DNA of 64,000 bases from an uncultured Gammaproteobacteria bacterium. GTDB taxonomy: Bacteria > Patescibacteriota > Patescibacteriia > Magasanikbacterales > JBBTXJ01. This document shows, in pieces, positions 17,774 to 27,924 of this stretch. Location of the stretch: positions 235 through 64,234 of the forward strand of contig CAZWRL010000001.1 in NCBI GenBank assembly GCA_964636345.1, written 5' to 3'. A program made the translations under genes and the position numbers. Position 1 is the first letter of the stretch. Each line of letters begins with the position of its first letter. The notes under the pieces are model-generated. The model had not been told where the DNA came from, made no database searches, and saw nothing but the letters and a program-made list of their open reading frames with translations.

Positions 17774-18415
17774 GTGACACAATGGTTTTTTGATCGCTTG
17801 TTTCCGCTTTCTTGTTTTGGTTGTGAAAAGGAAGGGTGCTGGGTGTGTGGCGCGTGCGAAGACGCGCTTGTGTTTTTACCGCCGGTATGGCAGGGAGCTC
17901 CTATGCCACTCCGCGGAAGCACCGCTGTTTTTACCTATGACCAGCCGGTGGTGCGTTCCATGGTGATGGCGCTCAAATATCAGTATGCGGAATTGGTAGT
18001 TCCGGTGATGGGCGGTTTGATTGCTCGGTGGCTCTCGGACGGCGGCAGAGAAATGTTTCCCGCGAATGGCGTTATTGTTCCGGTGCCGCTCCACCCGCGA
18101 CGGTATGCCTTACGCGGATTTAATCAGGCGGAATTGATTGCCCAGGAGCTTGGCCGCCTTCTTGGTCAACCGGTCGTTTGTCTCCTGAAGCGCACACGCG
18201 CTACGCGCCATCAAACACTGCAAACGCGTCTTTTGAGATGGCAAAATGTTGATGGCGCTTTTGCGGTGGCTGATGATGCGGTGATTGATGGAAGGCCGGT
18301 TATTATTGTTGATGATGTGACCACAACCGGCGCAACGCTTGCCGCATGCGCACGGCCGCTTATGGCGGCAGGCGTTCAGAAAATATACAGCTTTGCCTTT
18401 GCGCGTGAGTTATGA
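17774..18415 (+). CDS. comF: Competence protein ComF
   Basis: CxxC..CxxC, PVPLH..R...RGFNQA, IVDDVTTTGAT; GTG start. Confidence 0.92.
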   Translation: MTQWFFDRLFPLSCFGCEKEGCWVCGACEDALVFLPPVWQGAPMPLRGSTAVFTYDQPVVRSMVMALKYQYAELVVPVMGGLIARWLSDGGREMFPANGVIVPVPLHPRRYALRGFNQAELIAQELGRLLGQPVVCLLKRTRATRHQTLQTRLLRWQNVDGAFAVADDAVIDGRPVIIVDDVTTTGATLAACARPLMAAGVQKIYSFAFAREL

Positions 18416-19159
18416 TTGTTTGGCCGAGAAGGCAATAATCGCGCGCATTTGCGCGAGGAGGATCGTGATCCGTTTTTTTAAGGGAAATGCATCGGGCATT
18501 TCCGTACAGATTGAAAATTGCGCGCCGGATTTGTGCGCATATTCCTCACCCGAGCCATCGGAGCGGGGATTCAGCACCAGGCCATCATTTCCGCGATGCC
18601 TGTAGATACGTTTTTTGGTAACCACCGTGCCGTATTTTTTTGCGATTTTGATGAGGTTGCGATAGATGACGGGTTCGTGCGGTTCACGGGTGTAGGCAAA
18701 AAGATAGGAGCCGCGTTGTTCTTCGTCCTCATGGAGGGCGGCGAAGAAAAAGAGTGATTCCGCGGCGAGCGCTTTTTTTAGAAGTATATTTTCCGGCGCC
18801 GGTTGGTGATCAAGAAAATGGCGATTGAGATTTCGATTATCCTCATTACGATACTGATGTCGGTCAAAACCGTATGGGTTAACGAGCGGGAAGATGATAA
18901 TCTTGATGTGCGCGGGGAGACGCGGTATTCGTTTGAGGAATGCAACGATTGCCCACGGACCTGACTCTTCGTCGCCATGAATGCCGGCAGAGAAACAGAT
19001 AACGCGCTTGGCGCGCGCGGGGTTACCGAGCGTCACTTGATAGAGCGGATATTCGTGGTTTTTTCCTACCATGCCAAGCGTGGTGAGTGGGATTTTTTTC
19101 CGTTCGCACACGCGTTGCAACTCCCGGATATAGGGAGTGTAGTTTCCGGTTTTTTGCAT
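18410..19159 (-). CDS. M14 family zinc carboxypeptidase/deacylase
   Basis: AGIHGDE, NPYG, NLNR, LHED and catalytic E (CTE). Confidence 0.85.
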   Translation of the reverse strand: MQKTGNYTPYIRELQRVCERKKIPLTTLGMVGKNHEYPLYQVTLGNPARAKRVICFSAGIHGDEESGPWAIVAFLKRIPRLPAHIKIIIFPLVNPYGFDRHQYRNEDNRNLNRHFLDHQPAPENILLKKALAAESLFFFAALHEDEEQRGSYLFAYTREPHEPVIYRNLIKIAKKYGTVVTKKRIYRHRGNDGLVLNPRSDGSGEEYAHKSGAQFSICTEMPDAFPLKKRITILLAQMRAIIAFSAKQS

Positions 19160-19164
19160 AGCGC

Positions 19165-20454
19165 TTACATTTCGCGTAGATACCCCCAGGTGTGGAGGCG
19201 GTCACTATCCTCAAACCAACGATCGCCAATATCCGTGCGATAATACATGTGAGGAATAATAATGTTTTGAATGCGACGATAGACCTGATCTTGTGTTTGT
19301 TTTACCGTATTGCCCGAGCCGCAGACGACGAGCACCACGCCGGAGGTGCCGGTAACGAGCCATTCGTCGTTCACTAATTTGACGTCTTCAATGTGCACGC
19401 CTTCGGGCGGTTTCTTGAAATAGATGATGGAGTCCTTGGATTTTATCTCAAACGTTTTTTTGTCAGTGAAAGGGAAGGGCGGCACCACCAGACGCACGCC
19501 AATTTGGAAACCGCTTTTCACTTTTAATTTTGGATCATGCCCGGCGGCAAGTTCATAGAGGAATTCGCCCATGGGCGTCACCATACCTTCATGTTGAATG
19601 AAAATAGTTGGGTAGCCAAAACGCGAGGTGAACTCCAATGGATAAATGCCGTGGCCATTCACGATGCAGTTAATATCCATGTATCCCACATACCCCTCTT
19701 CCGCGAATTTTGATTCCAGTTTTTTGAGCGTTTGGTTAAAGAGGCGGTTGGGCCCGCTCCAAAACATGAGTGTTCCCATCTCGCCGGTTGAAGGCCCCAA
19801 ATTGCCTGGGAATAATTTTTTGTGTTCAAAATTAACATTGATGGGATAGACAAATTCTTTGCCGTTAAAGAACGCGCCCACAGCAACTTCAACGCCAGTC
19901 ACGCGTTTTTGCAGTTGGAAATCCGGCATTTTTTTGGTCCATCCTTTTTTGTAATCGCCAAGTACCTGAACCACATCGCGGCCGTCTTCTTCCTCGCCCA
20001 CAAAGAGGAGTCCTTTGATGACTGATGATTCACCGTTTGGTTTAATGACGTAGCGGCCGGGGTTCGCGCGGACAAATTCAATAGCCAGATCAAACGAGGT
20101 AAAATTTTGATAGGGAATGATATTGACGCCCACTTTTTTTAGTTCTTCTTGGCCAAACGGACGGTCATCCTCAAGCATATCCGTGTACGGCGTGCCGCCT
20201 ACCACCAGCTTGCCACGCTCCCGCACTTTTTTTGCTTTGAGTCCCTGGCCGAGCACGTCATCAAAAATAACAATATCCGCCCAATCAAGTTCTGCCTCCC
20301 AGTTGTCCACTTTTGGCACAAAGCCATCCGCCACTTCCCGTTCTTCCGGTTCTTCAGTGTAATATTTTACCTCGTGTCCTTCTTTGATAATCTGCCAGGC
20401 GATGTCTCCAATCAAACCATCTATGGAGACAAACAGAAATTTTTTTGATTCCAT
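19165..20454 (-). CDS. PurD-like ATP-grasp ligase
   Basis: LEDDR.FG, VIKP, EHK.LFPGNLGPSTGEMG, LEFTSRFGYP, YYRTDIG; lacks the canonical GSGGREH. Confidence 0.8.
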   Translation of the reverse strand: MESKKFLFVSIDGLIGDIAWQIIKEGHEVKYYTEEPEEREVADGFVPKVDNWEAELDWADIVIFDDVLGQGLKAKKVRERGKLVVGGTPYTDMLEDDRPFGQEELKKVGVNIIPYQNFTSFDLAIEFVRANPGRYVIKPNGESSVIKGLLFVGEEEDGRDVVQVLGDYKKGWTKKMPDFQLQKRVTGVEVAVGAFFNGKEFVYPINVNFEHKKLFPGNLGPSTGEMGTLMFWSGPNRLFNQTLKKLESKFAEEGYVGYMDINCIVNGHGIYPLEFTSRFGYPTIFIQHEGMVTPMGEFLYELAAGHDPKLKVKSGFQIGVRLVVPPFPFTDKKTFEIKSKDSIIYFKKPPEGVHIEDVKLVNDEWLVTGTSGVVLVVCGSGNTVKQTQDQVYRRIQNIIIPHMYYRTDIGDRWFEDSDRLHTWGYLREM

Positions 20455-20514
20455 CGGTTTTCATTAGAAATAAATGACATGATGATTGTAGCAAAGTGGC
20501 GATTATTTTTCAAA

Positions 20515-20542
20515 CAAAAACCCCGACGCGTCGGGGTTTTTG
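20515..20542. terminator. Bidirectional terminator
   Basis: Perfect palindrome caaaaaccccgacgcgtcggggtttttg. Confidence 0.8.
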
Positions 20543-20556
20543 GTACGATGCTCTTT

Positions 20557-20850
20557 TTACGGTGCCGGTTGCGCCGGTGTGCCCGTTGCGGTGACGGCCG
20601 TGGTGGTTGCCGTTTCAGAGGGTGAAACAGGCGCGGCGTTACGGTTTTTATAGGCGGTGTAGCCGCCCCACGCAATGAGCGCAAGGACAATGAGCCAAAT
20701 AAGGCCGCGTACAAAGCCACCGCCTTCTTTGTGAGAGTCCCTATCGCGCTGATTCCGCGTGGGCTCTGAAGCATCAGGTGCGCGCGCCTCGTCTTCCTTT
20801 TCGATGTCGTCTTCCACCTCCAACTTCTCTTGATCTCTGGGTTCGTCCAT
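20557..20850 (-). CDS. Small single-TM hypothetical protein
   Basis: Acidic N-terminus, TM helix, Thr/Pro-rich tail. Confidence 0.6.
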   Translation of the reverse strand: MDEPRDQEKLEVEDDIEKEDEARAPDASEPTRNQRDRDSHKEGGGFVRGLIWLIVLALIAWGGYTAYKNRNAAPVSPSETATTTAVTATGTPAQPAP

Positions 20851-21035
20851 AGAAATGGGGATAATAAATAAAGCCATGAAAACTGCCTTCAGCTTAGCAA
20901 AGGGGGTAAAAACGTGTAAATAGGGGGCTGTGTACAGTTTATTTGTATCTGTTTTTACCGAGGCCGGAGCTCTTTACATGCGTGAATAGTTGTGGTATTA
21001 TTGATTGTCTCTCTGGGAGACACTGTTTTGTCATT

Positions 21036-22820
21036 ATGAATGCTATTAGAAACGTTGCTATCATCGCTCACGTTGACCATGGGAAGACTACGTTGGTTGA
21101 CGCGCTTTTACATCGTTCAAAAACGCAGCTCTCCAAAAAAAATGCGGATGCTATCTGCATCATGGATTCAAATGAGCTTGAGCGCGAGCGCGGTATTACC
21201 ATTTTTGCCAAAAATGCCGCGGTTTTTTGGGGCGACACAAAAATTAATATCATTGACACGCCGGGCCACGCGGATTTTGGCGGCGAGGTGGAGCGCGTGC
21301 TCAACATGGCTGATGGGTGTCTTCTTTTGGTTGATGCCAAAGAAGGGCCCATGCCGCAGACGCGTTTTGTGATGCGGAAGGCCTTGGCGCTTGGATTAAA
21401 AATTATTGTGGTGGTGAATAAAATAGATAAGCCGGACGCGCGGCCGGATTTTGTGCTGAACAAAGTGTTTGAATTATTTGTGGAATTGGGCGCCGAGGCC
21501 CAGGCGCTTGACTTTCCGGTTTTGTACGCGTCCGCAAAAAAAGAAAAGGCGGGTTTGGGACGGGATTTGAAGGACATGACGGATGTTGATCCTATTTTTG
21601 ACGCAATTATTAAATATATTTCCGCGCCAGCCGGTGATGCGGCGCTTCCGCTTCAAATGCGCGTGGTTACGTTAACTAAAGACGATTTCAAAGGCCGCAT
21701 CGGCACGGGCAGAATTTATAATGGTGTCATTCGCGCGGGGCAAGAGGTGGCGCATATTAATCGCGCGGGAGTGACGCGGAAATATCGTTTGGTGTCACTC
21801 ATGACGCTTTTGGGACTTGAGCGTATAGAAATTAAAGAAGCATCGGCCGGGGATATTGTTGCAATCGCGGGCGTTCCCGATGTGGTGAGCGGGGAAACGA
21901 TTGCGGATCCAGCAAATCCCGTAGCGTTGCCGCTACTTGCTATTGAAGAGCCCACCGTGAAAATGACATTCGCGGTCAACGATTCTCCGTTTGCCGGTAA
22001 GGAGGGGGAGTACACCACGTCGCGTCAAATTCGTGAGCGTCTGTACACGGAGCTTGAAACGGATATGGCGCTTCGTGTTATTGATGGTACGCAGGGTGAT
22101 TGGATTGTGTCCGGGCGCGGCGAATTACATTTGGCAATTTTGATTGAACGCATGCGGCGTGAGGGGTTTGAATTTCAGGTTTCCTCGCCTGAAGTTATTT
22201 ATAAAGAAGTTGGTGGTAAAAAATTGGCGCCGTATGAGCGTGTGTATATTGAGGTGCCGGAAGCGTATCAGGGAATTGTGATACAGAAATTAGGCAGTCG
22301 TCGCGGTAAACTGCAGGAAATGCGGGTGGAAAATGGCGTAGTATTTTTGGAATTCACGATTCCAACGCGAGGACTTTTTGGTTATCGCAGTGAATTTTTG
22401 ACGGATACGCGGGGTTTGGGGATTATCAATACGCTTTTTGAGGAGTATCAACCGGTGGATTCCAGCGAGTGGCAGACACGCGAAAAAGGTTCACTGGTTG
22501 CGCATGAGACGGGTACCACACAATTGTACGGACTGCTTGCTGTACAAGATAGAGGAGTGTTATTTTTTGGGTCGGCAGTTCCTGTCTACGAGGGGCAGGT
22601 GGTGGGGCAGAACACGCGCGCGGGCGATATGCGCGTGAATGTATGCAAAGAAAAACGGTTATCTAACATGCGCTCAAAAGGCGATGGTTCAAGTGAGCAT
22701 TTCAACGAACCGCGGATTATGGGTCTTGAAGATGCGTTGGAGTACATCGCGCCTGATGAACTGGTGGAAGTGACGCCAAAAAATGTTCGTATCCGCAAAA
22801 GAGATTTGTTGAAACGGTAA
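21036..22820 (+). CDS. typA: Translational GTPase TypA/BipA
   Basis: IRNVAIIAHVDHGKTTLVD, DTPGHADFGGEVER, NKID, GRGELHL, EVTPKNVRIRK. Confidence 0.97.
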   Translation: MNAIRNVAIIAHVDHGKTTLVDALLHRSKTQLSKKNADAICIMDSNELERERGITIFAKNAAVFWGDTKINIIDTPGHADFGGEVERVLNMADGCLLLVDAKEGPMPQTRFVMRKALALGLKIIVVVNKIDKPDARPDFVLNKVFELFVELGAEAQALDFPVLYASAKKEKAGLGRDLKDMTDVDPIFDAIIKYISAPAGDAALPLQMRVVTLTKDDFKGRIGTGRIYNGVIRAGQEVAHINRAGVTRKYRLVSLMTLLGLERIEIKEASAGDIVAIAGVPDVVSGETIADPANPVALPLLAIEEPTVKMTFAVNDSPFAGKEGEYTTSRQIRERLYTELETDMALRVIDGTQGDWIVSGRGELHLAILIERMRREGFEFQVSSPEVIYKEVGGKKLAPYERVYIEVPEAYQGIVIQKLGSRRGKLQEMRVENGVVFLEFTIPTRGLFGYRSEFLTDTRGLGIINTLFEEYQPVDSSEWQTREKGSLVAHETGTTQLYGLLAVQDRGVLFFGSAVPVYEGQVVGQNTRAGDMRVNVCKEKRLSNMRSKGDGSSEHFNEPRIMGLEDALEYIAPDELVEVTPKNVRIRKRDLLKR

Positions 22821-22857
22821 GCGCCGAGGCAACCCTTTCAAATCGCGAAGTTTCTAT

Positions 22858-22947
22858 TGGCGGAGGAGGTGAGATTCGAACTCACGAGGGCTGTTAGACC
22901 CTACCTCGTTAGCAGTGAGGCGCACTAGACCACTATGCGACTCCTCC
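22858..22947 (-). tRNA. tRNA-Ser(GCT)
   Basis: GGAGGAG acceptor stem, CTGCTAA anticodon loop, long variable arm, TTCGAAT, GCCA end. Confidence 0.95.
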
Positions 22948-23015
22948 TGGTGAGAGAATCGTATCATATTTTTTCGCTTGCGTCAACGTCGCGCGCACGC
23001 TATACTCTGCTCACT

Positions 23016-23531
23016 ATGTTTTCCGATAATGTCATCTTCTTCGACGGCGAATTCACCACCCTTGATCCAACCACCGGACGGTTGTTGTCGCTCGCGCTCG
23101 TGAAACCGAGTGGCGAGTATTTATATCTTGAACTGGAGACCGGCGATGCGCCGGTGCATCCGTGGACCGCAGAGCATGTTGTGCCGTTGCTCACCACATC
23201 AAAAATATCCGATGACGAAGCGCGCCAGAAGATTCGTGAATTCGTCGGTGATGGAAGGCCATTTTTGGTTGCGAAAACAAATCAGTTTGATTGGGTTTTT
23301 CTCGCCAAACTTATTGGTATCCAGAAGAAAGACGAGGGCGGGGACATTTTTAACTGGCGTCCCATTGATTTTACCTCAATCCTGTTTTGCCGCGGCATTG
23401 ATCCGAGCCAGCCAAGCACGGTGCTTGCCAAAGATATGGGCGTTGACATTCCAGAAAATTTTCGCGAACACCACGCGCTCTCTGATGCGCAAATGCTCCG
23501 CGCGCTCTACTTGAAATTTGCGGCCGCGTAA
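23016..23531 (+). CDS. DEDDh 3'-5' exonuclease family protein
   Basis: FDGEFT, FDW, HHALSDA. Confidence 0.85.
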   Translation: MFSDNVIFFDGEFTTLDPTTGRLLSLALVKPSGEYLYLELETGDAPVHPWTAEHVVPLLTTSKISDDEARQKIREFVGDGRPFLVAKTNQFDWVFLAKLIGIQKKDEGGDIFNWRPIDFTSILFCRGIDPSQPSTVLAKDMGVDIPENFREHHALSDAQMLRALYLKFAAA

Positions 23532-23600
23532 CGTTATCCACAAGGAGACCCGTTTCGTGCTATACTGAATGGGGTCAATCACTTCTTAATTTTTGTTTCT

Positions 23601-24179
23601 ATGGCAGCGCAAAAGTCCACGATTAAGTGGGTTATCATTGGAGCCGTTGTGCTCATTTTGGTTGGGGGTATTTGGGGTACCTATAATAAACTGGTCACCT
23701 CAAATGAGTCCATTGATGGACAATGGGCACAGGTGCAAGCGACGTATCAACGACGTGTTGATTTGATTCCTGGTCTTGTCAACTCGACACGCGGGTTCTT
23801 TAAGCAAGAACAGGCGCTTTACGAGAAAATTACGCAAGCACGCGCGGCATATTCTGGCGCAAAGACGACCGCGGAACAGGTTTCTGCGGCTAACGTGCTT
23901 GAATCAAGCTTGAGCCGCTTGTTAGTGATTGTTGAGTCAAACCCGGAGATTAAGTCAAACCAGGTGGTCACTAATTTGATGGCGGAGTTGGCTGGCACGG
24001 AAAACCGTATTTCAGTAGAACGTATGCGGTTTAATGATGCCGTGCGAAAATATAATGTGGTGGTGAAGCGATTCCCCTCAAATATTATCGCCGGTGTTTT
24101 CAGCTTTGACGCGCGTGAATTCTTCCAGGCGCAAGAAGGCGCTGATAAGGCAGTACCGGTGAATTTGGATGTGAATTAA
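23601..24179 (+). CDS. lemA: LemA family protein
   Basis: YN.LV, WAQV...YQRR.DLIP.LV, GTENRI.VER.RFN, FPSNIIA. Confidence 0.95.
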   Translation: MAAQKSTIKWVIIGAVVLILVGGIWGTYNKLVTSNESIDGQWAQVQATYQRRVDLIPGLVNSTRGFFKQEQALYEKITQARAAYSGAKTTAEQVSAANVLESSLSRLLVIVESNPEIKSNQVVTNLMAELAGTENRISVERMRFNDAVRKYNVVVKRFPSNIIAGVFSFDAREFFQAQEGADKAVPVNLDVN

Positions 24180-24199
24180 GGCGTGATGATGGTATTCGC

Positions 24200-25123
24200 A
24201 TGGTTGTATACCTGAAACGCATTGTTATAGGAGCATTACTTGGACTCGCGCTCGTGAGTCCAAGTTTTGCGTTGGCGCAAAGTGAATTAGTGTTTCCACA
24301 GCCGATCGGTTTTGTGAATGATTTCGCAAATTTTTTGCGGTCAGAAACCGAGGGGGCGCTTGAGGCAAAGTTGGAGGCATTCCAGATGGAAACCGGGCAC
24401 GAAATTACGGTGGTGACGACGGACAGTTTGCAAGGTACTACTATTGAAGATTTGGCGGTGCGTTGGTTTGAACGATGGGGGATCGGAAAAGAACAGGCAG
24501 ATAACGGTATTTTGATGCTCATTGTTCCCTCGGAGCGTGTCATGCGCATTGAGGTTGGTTATGGCTTGGAGGGTGCGGTGCCAGACAGCGTTGCACAGCA
24601 GGTTGGCGATAACATCGTGACACCAAAATTTCGTGCCGATGATCCGGATGCCGGGGTGACGGCAGGCGTGGACGCGCTGATGAAATTGACGCAAGGCGAA
24701 GACGTGAGTGCGCTCTTAAATCCCAACGCCAACAGTGAATCACAAATGGGTTTAGTGTTTTTTGTGATTATGATTTTTATCTTCGCGTGGATAGTGTATG
24801 ACCGGATTGCCATGGCACAAAAAATTCAGCCGTTTATGCGAAACCAAGGAACGCGCGGTGTTTTTGTTAGTGCGTTAAGCGTTGCGGGCGGTTTTATTGC
24901 CGGCCTTGCTGGATTTTTACACCCCTTGGCGTGGGCAGGAATTTTTGCGGCAACCGTTGGCGCTTTGATTTTTTATCTTACGAAAGACGCGGGGAAACAC
25001 CGTGGCGGCGGTTCGGGTGGCGGATGGTATGCTTCAGGAGGTGGATTTGGTGGCGGAGGCGGGAGTTTTGGCGGATTTGGTGGCGGTTCTTCCGGCGGTG
25101 GCGGTTCTAGCAGTAGGTGGTAA
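24200..25123 (+). CDS. TPM domain protein
   Basis: VNDFA, WGIG....DNGIL, RIEVGYGLEG..PD, Gly-rich tail ending RW. Confidence 0.92.
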   Translation: MVVYLKRIVIGALLGLALVSPSFALAQSELVFPQPIGFVNDFANFLRSETEGALEAKLEAFQMETGHEITVVTTDSLQGTTIEDLAVRWFERWGIGKEQADNGILMLIVPSERVMRIEVGYGLEGAVPDSVAQQVGDNIVTPKFRADDPDAGVTAGVDALMKLTQGEDVSALLNPNANSESQMGLVFFVIMIFIFAWIVYDRIAMAQKIQPFMRNQGTRGVFVSALSVAGGFIAGLAGFLHPLAWAGIFAATVGALIFYLTKDAGKHRGGGSGGGWYASGGGFGGGGGSFGGFGGGSSGGGGSSSRW

Positions 25124-25126
25124 TAC

Positions 25127-25158
25127 AAAAAACTCCCCGATCTGTCGGGGAGTTTTTT
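25127..25158. terminator. Bidirectional terminator
   Basis: aaaaaactccccga-tctg-tcggggagtttttt. Confidence 0.85.
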
Positions 25159-25159
25159 G

Positions 25160-25612
25160 TCAGACCAGCACGCGGACATGTGCCGCGAGGATTCCGGCAG
25201 CAACACTGACGTTCAGCGATTCTTTTTTTCCGTGCATGGGGATTTCAATCACGTGATCAGCCCGTTTTAAGAGCGCTGGCGAGATACCGCCCACCTCGTT
25301 ACCCACTATGAGCGCGAGCGGCAACGCCGGTTTCCATGCGCGATAGTCAGTTGCGTTTTTTGTTTGTTCCGCCGCAATGATGAGTACGCCCGCATGTTTT
25401 AATTGTTCAATGATGCGCCATGCGTGCGCGTGATGTTCCCACGGCACGTTGTGTTCAGCGCCAAGCGAAACTTTATGAATTTTAGGATTTTTATCCGGTG
25501 TTGGTGTGTAGCCGCACAAAAAAATTTTATCTACGCCAAACGCATCGGCTGTGCGAAAAATTGAGCCGACATTATAACAACTCCTGATATCCGGCAGAAC
25601 GAGGTAGAACAT
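25160..25612 (-). CDS. SpoU/TrmH family RNA methyltransferase
   Basis: IRSCYNVGSIFRTAD, VGNEVGG, IPMHGKKESLNVSVA. Confidence 0.92.
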   Translation of the reverse strand: MFYLVLPDIRSCYNVGSIFRTADAFGVDKIFLCGYTPTPDKNPKIHKVSLGAEHNVPWEHHAHAWRIIEQLKHAGVLIIAAEQTKNATDYRAWKPALPLALIVGNEVGGISPALLKRADHVIEIPMHGKKESLNVSVAAGILAAHVRVLV

Positions 25613-25620
25613 TTTTGACT

Positions 25621-25711
25621 TGGCGGTGGGGGTGAGATTCGAACTCACGGTACCCTTTGGGGGTACGACAGTTTTCAAGACTGTTGCCATCAACCACTCG
25701 GCCACCCCACC
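25621..25711 (-). tRNA. tRNA-Ser(TGA)
   Basis: GGTGGGG acceptor stem, ACAGT-CTTGAAA-ACTGT anticodon arm, long variable arm, GCCA end. Confidence 0.95.
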
Positions 25712-25824
25712 ATCATGCGAAGGTAGTATGGCACACCAGAGCCAAAAAATCAAGGCGCGAGGTAGTGTTGACAGAGCGCGCCTCGTGTGATAATCTCACT
25801 CTATCTTTGACAACTAAGGAGTCA

Positions 25825-27906
25825 ATGATGGATACGATACGTCGTCCACCGCCTATCGTGCGGAACACGTGGACGTGGGGCGACGTGGACGCGCCCCGAG
25901 ACGTCTCGTGCGAGAACATCCGCATGATGCTGCTCATCGCGCGGCTCGTGTGGGGTATCGACGGTGGTTCCGTGATCGCGGAACTTCCCGCTCCCTTCGA
26001 TCGGCACGCGCTTCTTGTGGACGCGCGGAATTTCGTGCCGCTCTGGGTGTACGTGCACGTGGCGCACGGGATTCACGACCTGGTAGGTCGCGTTGAGGGG
26101 ACGCAGTATCCTTTTGCGCCGGAGCGGTTTGCCGCGTTTGGCGTGGAAGGAATCCGGTTCCAGACATGGGGCGATCGGCGCAAGGCGCTTTCACAGCTCT
26201 TTGCTTCGTTCGCGAATCCTTTGCTCGGGTACCGTCGGGTGCCGGTTGAGAACTTGGATTTCAACTGGACAAAATCCTATCGCGTGGTGAGCGAGGGTTC
26301 CACATGGTGGATGCCGATGTTCTTCGCGCGAGAAGACATCCCGCTGGTGGATGACCTGCCATCGGATTGGTGGATTGTTGAGGGGCTCTGGCCGGGCATC
26401 GCCACCATCTTCGGTCTGCCGCCGGCGCGTGTAGTTCGACGCACACGGAGCTACGATCCGGTCCAGTTTTTCACGCAGGGTCGCAAGGTGCGTGACCTGC
26501 AGTGGCGGGTTACGGAAAAGGAAGACCGGGCAACCTTCATCATTAATGGTGAACGAGTTGGCGAGCGGGTGCATCTCCTGCCACGTGCGATTCGTGACGG
26601 CACATGGTGGTTCACGGGTGACGTGCTTTCGTCTGGCGAAGCGCCGGCATCGGTGGATATGCCAATGTTTTTGGCGTCGAAGCGGTGCATGATCGGCGAT
26701 TACCCTGTCTGTGAATCTCGTGACATGCTGTATGCACCCGAGTTGAGCCGTCGGGTACTGCAGGCAGAAATTCACGCGCGTCGGCCCATCGGGTACCGCA
26801 TGCGCGGCGACGCGGTTCAGGTGGCGGTTGAGTCCGGTCAGTGGGAAAAGATCGGTACCATAAACCTGCGGAATGTTTCCGTAGCGAGCCTCCCTACAGC
26901 CATCCGTTTCACGACAGACATACAGCTGCCTCATGGCGTACCGATTGTCACGAAGGGTGAGGTGTGGGGTCAGGATCTTGGGTTCAGCGCCCGGGTCGTG
27001 TGGGACAAACCACCGCCGTTTTGGCGGCGTGACCTCCGCACCGTGTGGCAGCGGCTGTTCCCCAATCAGCGTGTATTCGAGCGTCTGGCAGATCGGGCGC
27101 GTATCGCAGGGTTGCAACGGCAGCTCTCTACCACAGAATCCGAGCGGCGGCGTGTGGAGGATGCATTCCAGTACAAGCTGGCCGAGCTGGATACGCGCGA
27201 CCATGACCTCGCCGAGGCAACCGTTCGTTCGTTCCGGCGTTTTGCTTCGCGATTTCCTTCCGCGGAAATTGCACAGCAGGTGCTTGACGGGACGTATGTT
27301 AGTGAACGAGTGGAGGACGCGGTATTCCTGGTGATTGATGCGGCAGGTTCCACAAACGCCGTGCAGGATCGTATCGCACGCGCAGGGGTGGAGCATGATC
27401 TTGCAGAACAGGCAAAGATTTTTGCCGCCGCCTACAACGGCTTCATGACGTGGGCCAAAGAGGTAGTGCAACGGCACGGTGGTTGGGTGTTTGCATTTGA
27501 AGGCGATGCGATCAAGGCGGTTTTTGGACTGAACCAAAAATCTCCGCGCGCGCTCGCGGCGAATGATGCATTCAAGACCGCGCTTGATCTATTGGCGGGT
27601 ATTGGAAAGTGGCCGTCCGGCGAAGGGTTGGCGTTTGGTGCGCGCATCGGCATTGCGATGGGTACCACCCATTTGAGCTTGGTTGGTACGGGTGAAGATG
27701 CCTTTATGACACCCAATTCACGCGCGCTTAATGCCGCGGCGCATCTTGAGAAATCAAAATGTCGTCAACGGGGTGGCGAGATTGCCATTGATGGTAAAAC
27801 CGCCGCGTTCCTTGCGGAGCAGTTGAACGAATCACGACTTTTGGTTTGGCGCGCCGTTGAAGAGCTAGATGGTGCGCAGATGGAAATTGTGCGTGTTTCG
27901 GAGTAG
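25825..27906 (+). CDS. Class III nucleotide cyclase with large N-terminal sensor region and atypical specificity residues
   Basis: FLVIDAAGST, GG.VFAFEGDAIKAVFG, RIGIAMG, NAAAHLE; coiled-coil linker; AAGGAG RBS. Confidence 0.8.
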   Translation: MMDTIRRPPPIVRNTWTWGDVDAPRDVSCENIRMMLLIARLVWGIDGGSVIAELPAPFDRHALLVDARNFVPLWVYVHVAHGIHDLVGRVEGTQYPFAPERFAAFGVEGIRFQTWGDRRKALSQLFASFANPLLGYRRVPVENLDFNWTKSYRVVSEGSTWWMPMFFAREDIPLVDDLPSDWWIVEGLWPGIATIFGLPPARVVRRTRSYDPVQFFTQGRKVRDLQWRVTEKEDRATFIINGERVGERVHLLPRAIRDGTWWFTGDVLSSGEAPASVDMPMFLASKRCMIGDYPVCESRDMLYAPELSRRVLQAEIHARRPIGYRMRGDAVQVAVESGQWEKIGTINLRNVSVASLPTAIRFTTDIQLPHGVPIVTKGEVWGQDLGFSARVVWDKPPPFWRRDLRTVWQRLFPNQRVFERLADRARIAGLQRQLSTTESERRRVEDAFQYKLAELDTRDHDLAEATVRSFRRFASRFPSAEIAQQVLDGTYVSERVEDAVFLVIDAAGSTNAVQDRIARAGVEHDLAEQAKIFAAAYNGFMTWAKEVVQRHGGWVFAFEGDAIKAVFGLNQKSPRALAANDAFKTALDLLAGIGKWPSGEGLAFGARIGIAMGTTHLSLVGTGEDAFMTPNSRALNAAAHLEKSKCRQRGGEIAIDGKTAAFLAEQLNESRLLVWRAVEELDGAQMEIVRVSE

Positions 27907-27924
27907 CACACACCTCACGTATAG

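Noticed and set aside
22935-23015. N-terminal extensions of the exonuclease ORF (and of the 25160-25753 and 25657 ORFs)
   Set aside because: They overlap tRNA genes or promoters; downstream starts fit the protein families.
26191-27537. 448-aa antisense ORF
   Set aside because: Shadow of the cyclase gene with no recognisable motifs.
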